Notes: a model not told the origin generated them from the letters alone. Positions 16,455-25,800 are shown, numbered from the stretch's first letter. The stretch is DNA of 32,000 nucleotides from an uncultured archaeon (GCA_964354495.1 CAYHAA010000004.1:150001-182000); one strand, 5' to 3'. Program-made: numbers and translations.

Positions 16455-17621
16455 ATGGCTATGCGAATTGGTGTGAATCTCTACCCTTCATTTGGTGGTA
16501 GCGGTCATGTTGCAACCCGACTTGGCCAACACCTGGCGAACAAAGGGCACATAATCCACTTCATCACCTATCAGAGACCCTTCTCATTGATGTGGCAGCA
16601 GACAGAGGGTGTCCACGTCGACCTTGTGGACAGCTTTGATTATCCTCTGTTTGACACGATTGGACCACCCTATACTATGGCGCTCACATCAAAAATCGTC
16701 AAGGTTGCTAAGGATGCGGAGTTGGACCTCATCCATGCGCACTATGCGATTCCTCATGCGATGGCGGCATATATGGCACGTGAAATCAATGGGATTCCCT
16801 ATGTGGTCACACTTCATGGCTCCGATGTGCATACACTGGGTCAGGATCCTGCATACAAGCCAGTTGTCCAGCACACTGTGGAGAAGGCTGATGCTGTGAC
16901 TGCTGTCTCCCAATTCCTAGCAGACAAAGCGCACAAAGGGCTTGGAATCAAGAGGGATATTCATGTCATCCCGAACTTTATTGATACAACGCAGTTCTCC
17001 AAGGTCCTGGGAATCAGGCTTGTTGTAGAGAGAGGGTGCGTATCGGTTCGGAAGGAGGAGGATGCCTTTGAGATAGAACCAGAGGACAAAATACTGCTGC
17101 ATGCCTCTAATTTTCGAAAGGTCAAACGTGTCGTTGAACTTGTCGAGATCATGCGCACTGTCGTAGACCATAATCCAAATGCAAGACTCGTAATCGCAGG
17201 TGATGGACCCACACGTATTGATGTCGAGCGACGAATAGAGGACTTGAAACTATGTGACAATGTACATCTCTTGGGTGTGAAAAGCAACATGCAGGAAATC
17301 ATGTGTTCCTCTGACATCTTCTTGCTCAATTCGACACTTGAGGGAATGCCTCTCACGCTCTTGGAGGCCATGGCATGCAGCCTTCCTGTAATCACAACAC
17401 CTGCAGGCGGAATTCCTGAGCTCGTTCGTGCAGACAAAGATGGAATTGTCACGAAGGGCTTCGAGCAGGAGGAGTTTGCACAGGCAATTCTTCACCTCCT
17501 TGAGAATGAGGGCGAAAGAAAGAGACTGGCAAAGGCAGGTCGACAACGTGTCAATACTTTTGACTCCAACAAGATTGTTCCTATGTACGAGAATGTGTTC
17601 AACGAAGTCGTCAAACGTTGA
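16455..17621 (+). CDS. bshA: N-acetyl-alpha-D-glucosaminyl L-malate synthase (GT4), BshA
   Basis: YPSFGGSGHVAT, DLIHAHYAIPHA, VTLHGSDV, HASNFRKVKRV and EGMPLTLLEAMA match the BshA-specific pattern, not only generic GT4. Confidence 0.9.
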   Translation: MAMRIGVNLYPSFGGSGHVATRLGQHLANKGHIIHFITYQRPFSLMWQQTEGVHVDLVDSFDYPLFDTIGPPYTMALTSKIVKVAKDAELDLIHAHYAIPHAMAAYMAREINGIPYVVTLHGSDVHTLGQDPAYKPVVQHTVEKADAVTAVSQFLADKAHKGLGIKRDIHVIPNFIDTTQFSKVLGIRLVVERGCVSVRKEEDAFEIEPEDKILLHASNFRKVKRVVELVEIMRTVVDHNPNARLVIAGDGPTRIDVERRIEDLKLCDNVHLLGVKSNMQEIMCSSDIFLLNSTLEGMPLTLLEAMACSLPVITTPAGGIPELVRADKDGIVTKGFEQEEFAQAILHLLENEGERKRLAKAGRQRVNTFDSNKIVPMYENVFNEVVKR

Positions 17622-17635
17622 GGAGGACGTATATC

Positions 17636-19351
17636 GTGAAGCCGAGCGTCTATGATGTGTATCACGACTTCATCTGGAAAGGGAAAGACACTAAGCTCGC
17701 TCAGATACTGTATGATAGTCCGCCGCTCACAATGAATGGGATATGTAATCGAGTGCCAGAGCTCATGAAGAAGTATGAGAAGACTCTCTGGCATATTGAC
17801 GAACGAATGAAGCTTCTTGAGAGAACTCTCATCTCCTCAAATCGGGACCTTGGATGCCTCACAGAAGACACCAGGTCCAGTATCAGGTCTCTGAAGAACG
17901 GAGCCATTGAGTCAGCACACCAGACTGTGGTTCTGGGGGGTCCTGTGTATGTCCTGAACAAGGCAGCAACAGCAAAACGACTTGCCAGTCTATGCGCTGA
18001 GAGAGGACTTGACCTTGCACCCTTCTTCTGTCTTGCGGACTATGACGTTGTTCAGCCAGAACTCACGAATATCCGTCTACCTGTACTGGGTTCAGAGTGC
18101 ACACTCGTGAGCATCCCAGTGCCTCAGGGCTATGAGAACTCACCAGTGAGTGTGCTTCCCCTACCAGCGAGAGACTGGTACAATCAGGTTGAGGACGATA
18201 TCAGAACAACTTACAGGCCGATGTTCAAAGCACTAGAGGGACCTTCTAGAACGCTTCTAGATGAGCGGCTTGAGCAGGCCTTGTCGATTCTTCGTTGGAG
18301 TTACACCAACTCCACAACTCTGGCAGAATGGGCAGCACGAACACTGGGCAGGCTGTTCAATATAGAAGGCGATTTGGGCATCCCACTGCTCTTAGCATCT
18401 TCTGAGGGTATCAGAGACCTTCTTGTCGAGGGCCTGGAGTTCCTTCTGGCTCGTGAGAACCGGGAGAGATTCTTGGCCACGTTCAATGAAGTGACCACAC
18501 TGATCGAGGAGAAAGGATACAACCCTGGAATTGGTTTCAGAGGAACTGATTACGTGCCATTCTTCTATGATTGTCCCGGAGAAACCTGCAATAAAGCAAG
18601 GACAGAACTTCACTATGAGGACAGAGGGACAACTGCGCTTCTCACTGGAACCTGCCCGTCCTGCTCTGAGAAGATTGAGATTGAAACATCCGCAGATACA
18701 CCATATCTCGGTGATATTGCTCGGAGTATCTCGCTACGCGTGGACTCTAGACAACTTGCAATCGACTCAATAATACCGACCGTCACCCACGTCGGTGGTC
18801 CTGGTGAAACAGCATACTATGCACAGGTGATACCCAGTGCGCGAGCGATTTCGGCTCCGTTCCCAATGTTCGTCAAGTATCCCAGAGTCTACTTCAATAC
18901 GCCCTGGAATGAGCAATTGGCAAAGTCACTCGAAGAGAGAGAGATGCCAGTCCTTCAGAGAAGGGACTTGTTCAATATCATGGGGAAAGTCTCGAAATAC
19001 AGAAAGAAGAACCAAGTTGATGAGATGAATCAGGAACTTGAGAACCTCGAGAGTCTGATACTGGAGAGTCACGCCGAACTCAATAACAGACTCAGAGGAA
19101 TAGAGCCAATAGTTGCTGACAATTCAAGAGAAGAAGCAGCCACTCATCTTGGCCTCAAGATGGATCTAGAACGATATCTTAGTTGGGCCTTTGGCCAGTT
19201 CGCCGAGGGCAAACTAGGACAAGAGTCTTCATGGTCATGGATCGAGTGGGCCATCAATTCAGGCTTCAGTGATCTCTTTGGCCCTTATAGCCGTGCATAC
19301 CTTGGTCAGATGAAGATTGGCGGCACCATCTTCATCAATTTCTCATTATGA
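17636..19351 (+). CDS. bshC: Bacillithiol cysteine-adding enzyme BshC-like protein
   Basis: SAHQTVVLGGPVYVLNKA (cf. TGQQ..GPLY..K), FFCLADYD and PTVTHVGGPGETAYYAQ (cf. GGPGE.AY). GTG 17636 has an AGGAGG RBS at 17621-17626; TTG 17618 is the alternative start. Coupled to bshA. Confidence 0.8.
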   Translation: MKPSVYDVYHDFIWKGKDTKLAQILYDSPPLTMNGICNRVPELMKKYEKTLWHIDERMKLLERTLISSNRDLGCLTEDTRSSIRSLKNGAIESAHQTVVLGGPVYVLNKAATAKRLASLCAERGLDLAPFFCLADYDVVQPELTNIRLPVLGSECTLVSIPVPQGYENSPVSVLPLPARDWYNQVEDDIRTTYRPMFKALEGPSRTLLDERLEQALSILRWSYTNSTTLAEWAARTLGRLFNIEGDLGIPLLLASSEGIRDLLVEGLEFLLARENRERFLATFNEVTTLIEEKGYNPGIGFRGTDYVPFFYDCPGETCNKARTELHYEDRGTTALLTGTCPSCSEKIEIETSADTPYLGDIARSISLRVDSRQLAIDSIIPTVTHVGGPGETAYYAQVIPSARAISAPFPMFVKYPRVYFNTPWNEQLAKSLEEREMPVLQRRDLFNIMGKVSKYRKKNQVDEMNQELENLESLILESHAELNNRLRGIEPIVADNSREEAATHLGLKMDLERYLSWAFGQFAEGKLGQESSWSWIEWAINSGFSDLFGPYSRAYLGQMKIGGTIFINFSL

Positions 19352-19383
19352 TTGGGCACAAACACAGGAGTTCCAGTACGGGT

Positions 19384-20655
19384 CTAACCAAGCTCTTTCG
19401 ACAATAGATGCCCAAGTCGCGTAATTCCTTCAGATATGATATCAGGAGGAGCATAGCAGAAGCCAAGTCGCATAGTATTGCCTTCTGGCACACTTGACTC
19501 CAGGTCATTACCATCAGCTGTGAGCTTATGTCCAGTGATAGGATAGAAGGGGCCTCCAGGTACATAGAGCACTTCATTGGGCATTGCTACATCTTGCATG
19601 AACTCACTTGAGTTGAAGTCAGGATTCTCGCTCTGCCACCAGATGAAGAAACCTCCGGTCGGGTCGCTGCGCGTCCCGGCTGGAAATGAGTCGTCTATTG
19701 CCTTTGCCATTGCCGCACACCTCTTTCTATACAATGGAATGGCAACTCTCATGGCATCGTCGATATGTTTGTTGTAGTACTCATCAAGGATACGTTGGGC
19801 AAACGTCGCAGTACACAGGTCAAGGTAACCCTTGTCTTTGAGAACCTGCTCTCTGACATTATCTGGCAATACTGAATACCCAACTCTCAAGACAGCTGCC
19901 TCCTTACTACTTGTCCCAAGGTAAGCAATTCGAGAGTTGTCCTTGTCGAGGGTCTTGATGGCCTTGGGATTGTCTTTGAACTGAATCTCAGCATAAGCAG
20001 CGTCTTCAATAACGAGGATGTTATGGTTCTCACAGATATCGAATAGAGCTCTACGTCTATTCATAGGCAGAGTTGTTCCCTTCGGATTGTCGCTGTCAGG
20101 AACAACATAGAGCAAGTCAGGATTCTTACCAAATTTGATCTTCGAGAGGTGAATAGCTCGTTCAACAAACTCCGGGATGATTCCTTTGTTGTCGGTGGGC
20201 ACAGTAATCACTCTTGCACCAAGCTTCACAGCAGGAACAAGAAATCCGAGGTATGCGGGAGCCGGTGTGATAATGACATCGCCGGGATCTATCATTGTGT
20301 CCAACAGGGCATAGAGCGCCTGCTGCGACCCATTGGTAATGGATACTTGTTCCCATTGGGTTTCGCAATCAATAGGTATCTTGCGGACCTTGCACAGTCG
20401 ACGGGCTAGCGTCTTGAGGAACCATGGTTGGCCACCCGTTGGACCGTAGTTCAGATCATCCAGAGCCATCTGTGGGTCTTTTTTATACATGACACTCAAT
20501 TCAGCCATGATGTCAGCGAAGATGTCAGTAGGGATGATCCCGGGCTTTCCGCCAGCAAAATAGTACTTGACCTTGTATTTGAGAAGCGCACGTATTTGAG
20601 ATTCCTCAACAAAAGAAGTCCAGGTTGCAAAACCGTAGCAGTTATCTTTTGCCAT
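19384..20655 (-). CDS. PLP-dependent class I/II aminotransferase (LysN/Aro8-like)
   Basis: FAGGKP, ITNGSQQAL, PAYLG, DNPKGTT, IEDAAY and GTSSK...LRVGY (PLP lysine). Confidence 0.92.
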   Translation of the reverse strand: MAKDNCYGFATWTSFVEESQIRALLKYKVKYYFAGGKPGIIPTDIFADIMAELSVMYKKDPQMALDDLNYGPTGGQPWFLKTLARRLCKVRKIPIDCETQWEQVSITNGSQQALYALLDTMIDPGDVIITPAPAYLGFLVPAVKLGARVITVPTDNKGIIPEFVERAIHLSKIKFGKNPDLLYVVPDSDNPKGTTLPMNRRRALFDICENHNILVIEDAAYAEIQFKDNPKAIKTLDKDNSRIAYLGTSSKEAAVLRVGYSVLPDNVREQVLKDKGYLDLCTATFAQRILDEYYNKHIDDAMRVAIPLYRKRCAAMAKAIDDSFPAGTRSDPTGGFFIWWQSENPDFNSSEFMQDVAMPNEVLYVPGGPFYPITGHKLTADGNDLESSVPEGNTMRLGFCYAPPDIISEGITRLGHLLSKELG

Positions 20656-20843
20656 AGGCTCTCACCAAGAGAATTGATCACGATACTGCGGAGAAGCATG
20701 AACACTTCTGTACATGAATAGAGAGCGTCATCCTTTAATCGTTTCTAACGAAGTAGTCTTCCAGACGCTCTCTTTCGAGCCATGATGTACGGAAGTGGTC
20801 GTCCAATCAACACATGTACACTACACCTGAATCATGAAACGAA

Positions 20844-21644
20844 CTAACGAGTTTCGGCGGCTAGAGCAGCGGCAGCAGCTGCCGGGTCAGGAGCCTCGAC
20901 GATGGATCGTGCTGCAATGATGAAGTTCGCACCCGCTTCAATTGCATCACGGGCACTGCCGCCCTGAGCACCGACGCCCGGGCACATGATGGGTATCTCA
21001 TCTCCGAGTACTGCCTTGACTTCCCGAATTTTCTCAGGATAGGTGGCACCCACAATGACACCGTCTACGTCCCAGAGCCGGGCTTGACGTGCAAAGCGCA
21101 GATAGAGCGGTTCAGGTTTTCGTGACCTCTCATCAGCAGCCACGGTCAGGCCATAACCATCCTTCGCACCAGCATGCGACATGTAGCAGAGAGTGATGAC
21201 GCCTCGTTTTCGATTGGTCGCCGCTTCAAACACACTGTCGAGACCGCCTTCCATCCCAATGAAAGGACTGACAATGATTGCATCGAAACCAGCATCAAAA
21301 TAGTATTTCGTAATCACCCTGTTTGTGTTCTCGACATCGTTCAATTTGCAGTCAATGATTGCTGTCAGACCCTCAGCATGGATCTTATCGACCAATCGTG
21401 GAATGGCATCATAGACTCCAAGAGGTAGGACGAGGTGTCGGTTTATCTTGAACGCAACTGCATGTTCTGCAGTCTGTGAGATAAGACGCAGTGCCTCCTT
21501 CTCTAATCGGTCCTTCTCAGCCTTTATGCCAGCAGCATCTTTGCCGGTCATATTCGCGACCAGATCCAGACCGACAATCAATTTGCTCTTCTTCACGAAA
21601 CTTGTGGCTGTGAGCTTTCGCTTGTACACGTGGTTCACTCCCAT
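20844..21644 (-). CDS. pyrF: Orotidine-5'-phosphate decarboxylase
   Basis: IVGLD, AFK, IDCKLNDVENT (DxKxxD), VGAT, PGVGAQGG and AARSI. Confidence 0.93.
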   Translation of the reverse strand: MGVNHVYKRKLTATSFVKKSKLIVGLDLVANMTGKDAAGIKAEKDRLEKEALRLISQTAEHAVAFKINRHLVLPLGVYDAIPRLVDKIHAEGLTAIIDCKLNDVENTNRVITKYYFDAGFDAIIVSPFIGMEGGLDSVFEAATNRKRGVITLCYMSHAGAKDGYGLTVAADERSRKPEPLYLRFARQARLWDVDGVIVGATYPEKIREVKAVLGDEIPIMCPGVGAQGGSARDAIEAGANFIIAARSIVEAPDPAAAAAALAAETR

Positions 21645-21787
21645 ATTCCAATGAATGCTCAGTACTTCAGAGTGTTACCAATTCCTATGAGGCGCTTCCA
21701 AATAAATTCTCGTTCGCTGGATTCTGCACGTACCGGCGACGCAAACTTATATCAGACTCCGCCATTTGAAAGAACGGAGAAGCAAGA

Positions 21788-22828
21788 TTGAGTCCAGATT
21801 GGTTGATGTCAAGGCTGACTGTTGTATTGATTGCCATAGCCGGTCCTATCTATTTCTTCTTGCTGATGCTATTCATCCCGCAGATGATGCCCTTTGCTGA
21901 TTCGTTCTTTAATCTGCTTTTTCACTATCTTGCAGCACCTATCGTCTTCTCTTTGCCCTGGGTGGGCACAATCTATTACCAGCGGTACAGGCTAGCAAAT
22001 ACTGCCCATATCATGGATGAAACCATCACCGCAGTTCCTCTCAGATGGAGAATGTTCTATGGAGCAAATGCTCTCTTTGTCCTGATGTTGTTCGTACTGC
22101 CCATGGCCACACCTGTTATCGCGATTATAGAAGGACTCGTTGTTGCTGTGCATGTGTTTCGTCTCATTGGCCTTGGTAAGCTGGGAGGTGGCAAGCCAGC
22201 TGCTTTCCTTGGCATCATCGTGGCACTGGCGCTCATCATACTTCCAGCACTCGTGATGTTTGTGTTCATTCCTGGCTATATGGTCGTATGGAACACGATT
22301 CTCCAGACATGGACTGATTTCTGGCTGGATGTCACATATGGTGTTGCGCAGTGTCTCGTGAATGCCCTCAGCTTTGGTGCCCCTGTCTATTTCATCTACT
22401 ATGGTGCTCAGGAGTATGATAGAGGGCTCTATGGGGAAGTGTACACAAAGACGCCGACAATTTGGATAAGACTGGGAGAACTCATCATCTTCTCCATATT
22501 CCTGGTGATTTACCTACCGCCAATACCAACACCTCTTGGAGTCGTCCCTTTTCTGGGGCTCTCATTCCTCTTTCAGGACTACATCAACTGGATTTCTCTT
22601 GTAATAGTATCCATCATGGTCCTAGTTAAGATAGTTCTCAGGGTCAAGAGAGACAGCACAATGGGCGGAGCGACTAACATCATTGTTATCGGACTGTTTC
22701 TCGTAGTTGAGCTCTTCAATAGGACTGACTTCTTCCTGAAGACCTCGGTAATCCTGTTGGCATTCATTGTCTATGCGGCGCTCGCAATCGCAAGCTATCT
22801 CAGAGCCTCTCCAAGAGAGCTTTACTAA
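21788..22828 (+). CDS. Hypothetical polytopic membrane protein (about 9-10 TM helices)
   Basis: Long ORF dominated by hydrophobic segments; TATA-like CTTATAT about 40 nt upstream. The start may be TTG 21788 or ATG 21806. Confidence 0.8.
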   Translation: MSPDWLMSRLTVVLIAIAGPIYFFLLMLFIPQMMPFADSFFNLLFHYLAAPIVFSLPWVGTIYYQRYRLANTAHIMDETITAVPLRWRMFYGANALFVLMLFVLPMATPVIAIIEGLVVAVHVFRLIGLGKLGGGKPAAFLGIIVALALIILPALVMFVFIPGYMVVWNTILQTWTDFWLDVTYGVAQCLVNALSFGAPVYFIYYGAQEYDRGLYGEVYTKTPTIWIRLGELIIFSIFLVIYLPPIPTPLGVVPFLGLSFLFQDYINWISLVIVSIMVLVKIVLRVKRDSTMGGATNIIVIGLFLVVELFNRTDFFLKTSVILLAFIVYAALAIASYLRASPRELY

Positions 22829-22866
22829 GATTATAGAGTGGCTGTACTGAAGTGCCTCAATACTGA

Positions 22867-23226
22867 CTACATATTAATTATATCGAATTTCTTGGTGAGC
22901 CGAATGATGGGGAGAAAGACCGTCATCGGTTCGGACTCCGCAAACGTGTCAACAAACTCGATAGTCTCTTTTGGTCTGCCCTTATACGCAATGAAGTTGC
23001 CCTTCGGGGGTCCGTCACCCTCTGCATGAACCCAGAGAGGCAATCCATACATCTCATAGTATCCATGATTGGAGATCAGGGTCCCATAGATATGCTTCCC
23101 CTTGTGTTCGAAATATAGCATACTCGCAGGTCGTTCTCTCTGCGACCAAGAGACAAGCATTCTTACCAGATCAATCATAGAAGCTATCTTCATGTTCACA
23201 GGGGGTCGAATACTATCACTGCTCAT
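22867..23226 (-). CDS. Small conserved archaeal hypothetical protein (119 aa)
   Basis: ATG ORF co-oriented with the HerA-like gene. The pattern SMIDLVR...HIYG...YYEMYGLP...LPII resembles a small archaeal family I recall as the cren protein. Unverified. Confidence 0.7.
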   Translation of the reverse strand: MSSDSIRPPVNMKIASMIDLVRMLVSWSQRERPASMLYFEHKGKHIYGTLISNHGYYEMYGLPLWVHAEGDGPPKGNFIAYKGRPKETIEFVDTFAESEPMTVFLPIIRLTKKFDIINM

Positions 23227-23300
23227 TTCTCTCGCGCACCGATTCGTATTTCGTTCCTATCCTTATAAGAACAAGCATTATGATAAACTGCATTGCTCAT

Positions 23301-25604
23301 TCAGCCAGAGGCATGAAGGGCAGCTCGTATCTTGTCAGCAATGGAGATGACTGACTTTCGGCTGGCACCAACAATGACAATTGGCAAGCTCAATAGCGAC
23401 TGGCTAGTGGCAATCGAAAACACTATGCGAACACCCTCTCTTCGATAGCAGACAAAAGTGAAACCATCTTCATGAATCATCTGCTCAATCTCTACCCCGG
23501 TAGAGCCTATTGCACCTGCAGCGAAACTGATGAGACGTGACGCATCACCATCTTCGCGGTTCACAACAATGGTATCTCGAATGTCATGCTCTGAAGAGAA
23601 GAGAAAACCATGGGATGCCGAACTATACAGAACCTTCCTTGTTATTGCCTTCGAGAGAAGGTCCTTCGAAACCGGGCCAAATGCCTTCACGAGTACCTTT
23701 GAAGAGTCAAAGTCAGAGATTCTGATTGCTTCAATCTCAACTTCGGAAGGTATGACCTCATCTGTGATGACAGGTTCCTCAAGGCGAGGCGATGGTTCAT
23801 CGGTGATGGAGAAGCCCTGCTTCTGGTGATCAAAGAGGGTCTTGACGTAGTCTCGCATCCACTCATCGAGAAGCAGCCAGTCCTCTTTGCTCAACTTCAG
23901 GGGAGGTCGAGGCACCTCTGGCAACTCCTCAGCAAAGGCCTCTTCCGAGCCCTCGTACTGCTCCTCTGATTCCTCAGTCGGCTCAGCCACCTTGTCCTCT
24001 TCGGACGGCGTTGTTTCCGCGGGAGTCTCCTCTGGCATTAGGAGATTGACAGCTTCAAAGAGACCCGATAGTCGATCTGTGCCACCATGTTGTGAGAGCC
24101 GCGGACGGACTTGTATGATGAAACCGCGCCTGTTCTCAGTGGCCTGATCGAAGACTAGGGCAACGCCTTGCGGAAGACCGCTGATGAACGCCTTGTCACG
24201 GAACTGCTCTGGCATCACAGCTGGAGCTCGATGTTGTAGAGCTCTAATGTCATCATCATGGGACAGTGAGTGTGAGATGATGATATCTGCCTGTGAGATT
24301 GCTTCATCTGAGACTGCTGACGGTTGCTGTGTGCACAGGACAAGACTACAGCCAAACCTTCGTCCAAGCTTTGCATAGCCTACAATCGCATCCTTGGCAG
24401 GGGTGGCTCCTGACCGTGGCACAAGTGTGTGTGCCTCATCAATGATTAGCCACGTGGGAGGCAGTTCTTCCCGTGCACTGGTACCTTCATCAGTCCAGGC
24501 CATTCGATAGGTCAGGACTTGACGGCATAACATGTTTGTCAGAATCGCGAGCACGGCTTCAGCATCTGAACCAAGAGGTGCAACATCAATGACTGTGATT
24601 TGCCCTGCAACAGATAGATCCTGAGCGCTTGTGCCGCCAGGATTGAAGACTCCTAGTCTATCTGCACGCCTTAGCCTCTGGATAATAGCAGTTCTTGAGG
24701 CAGGCTTGTAGAACTCAACAATGGTTGGATTGGACTCGACACAGCTGATCATATCTGTGATGCTGAAATCCCGCTTGAGCTGCACATGCTCTCCAGACTC
24801 GAGAGTGTATCCCTTTCGCACAGCGTCCAAGGTCTCAGCTATCAGGTTCTCCATGGCAGTACTGAGTGTGCCGCCTTTCTCCAGCACATATCCCCAATCT
24901 GAAACGGAGAGCTCTCGGGGTCCAATGGACAATGGAAAGAGACGAGCTTTTTTCTTCACCTCATCAGGGAGTCCAACGTATGTCCTCCGAGGGATGTAGA
25001 CATTCACTGGGAATCCCTTTGCCTCATAGCCCCACTTCTTGAGAATATCTGCCTGCTCGTCATTTGGATCGACCATCTGTCGAAAGACATCTACTGTGTC
25101 CACAATGACTGCAGCAACCTCAATCTCTCGACGCTCCATGGCTAGGGCAAGTTCTTCAGCAATGATTCCCAGCGTATAGCTCTTACCTGATCCCCTCTTT
25201 CCTGCAACAAACATGACATGAGGTTTCATGAGGTCAAGCTTCACTGGCATCCCCATGAGGGAGGTCAGAACATCATCGGAGGTCTCTGTGATACCTCCTA
25301 TCATACCCAGACCGACAGAGTGGTATTTTCGATGGAATGACTCGGAACGGCCAAGGACTACTCCAACGCTGAGGTCGATGTGCAGGTCGAGAAGGTCACC
25401 TACGCGTGGATGGTATGGTAATACGGACTTTGGAAGTAGGTCAATTGGTCTATCTGAATCTCGCCGACTCTCGGGATCTTCTTCTTCTGGCGTGTCTGGA
25501 TTTCCCGGTTCGTTCAACTGTGCACCTCCTGACGACTCTGTCTTGACCTCGGATAAAGCTTGGCTTGATAGTGTCTTGACGCGCGATTCGTACCCAGAAT
25601 CCAA
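23301..25604 (-). CDS. HerA/FtsK-like P-loop ATPase (DUF87 type) with acidic linkers and an extra C-terminal domain
   Basis: LDLMKPHVMFVAGKRGSGKS (Walker A), LIIDEAH (Walker B), GRRFG (Arg finger region) and TQQPS. The exact start is uncertain. Confidence 0.88.
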   Translation of the reverse strand: MDSGYESRVKTLSSQALSEVKTESSGGAQLNEPGNPDTPEEEDPESRRDSDRPIDLLPKSVLPYHPRVGDLLDLHIDLSVGVVLGRSESFHRKYHSVGLGMIGGITETSDDVLTSLMGMPVKLDLMKPHVMFVAGKRGSGKSYTLGIIAEELALAMERREIEVAAVIVDTVDVFRQMVDPNDEQADILKKWGYEAKGFPVNVYIPRRTYVGLPDEVKKKARLFPLSIGPRELSVSDWGYVLEKGGTLSTAMENLIAETLDAVRKGYTLESGEHVQLKRDFSITDMISCVESNPTIVEFYKPASRTAIIQRLRRADRLGVFNPGGTSAQDLSVAGQITVIDVAPLGSDAEAVLAILTNMLCRQVLTYRMAWTDEGTSAREELPPTWLIIDEAHTLVPRSGATPAKDAIVGYAKLGRRFGCSLVLCTQQPSAVSDEAISQADIIISHSLSHDDDIRALQHRAPAVMPEQFRDKAFISGLPQGVALVFDQATENRRGFIIQVRPRLSQHGGTDRLSGLFEAVNLLMPEETPAETTPSEEDKVAEPTEESEEQYEGSEEAFAEELPEVPRPPLKLSKEDWLLLDEWMRDYVKTLFDHQKQGFSITDEPSPRLEEPVITDEVIPSEVEIEAIRISDFDSSKVLVKAFGPVSKDLLSKAITRKVLYSSASHGFLFSSEHDIRDTIVVNREDGDASRLISFAAGAIGSTGVEIEQMIHEDGFTFVCYRREGVRIVFSIATSQSLLSLPIVIVGASRKSVISIADKIRAALHASG

Positions 25605-25800
25605 GAATGTGGATTCCTATGAGAATGTGTCCGCAGTAACATACCCGTTCCTACAATTATCTAGTAAAATCATTCGCCTTTCAAGTCCTACTCGTGAATG
25701 ACAATCTCGATTCAGACTGGTAACTATTAATGTTACAGTCTTCCAATGGAAATGGTAGTTTCAGCAAGACTCAAAACGCAATCCGATTAGAGAGCCAGTC

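Noticed and set aside
15704-19351. N-methyl-bacillithiol pathway
   Set aside because: No SAM-dependent methyltransferase is associated with the cluster in this window; TrmI and Ogt have other clear roles.
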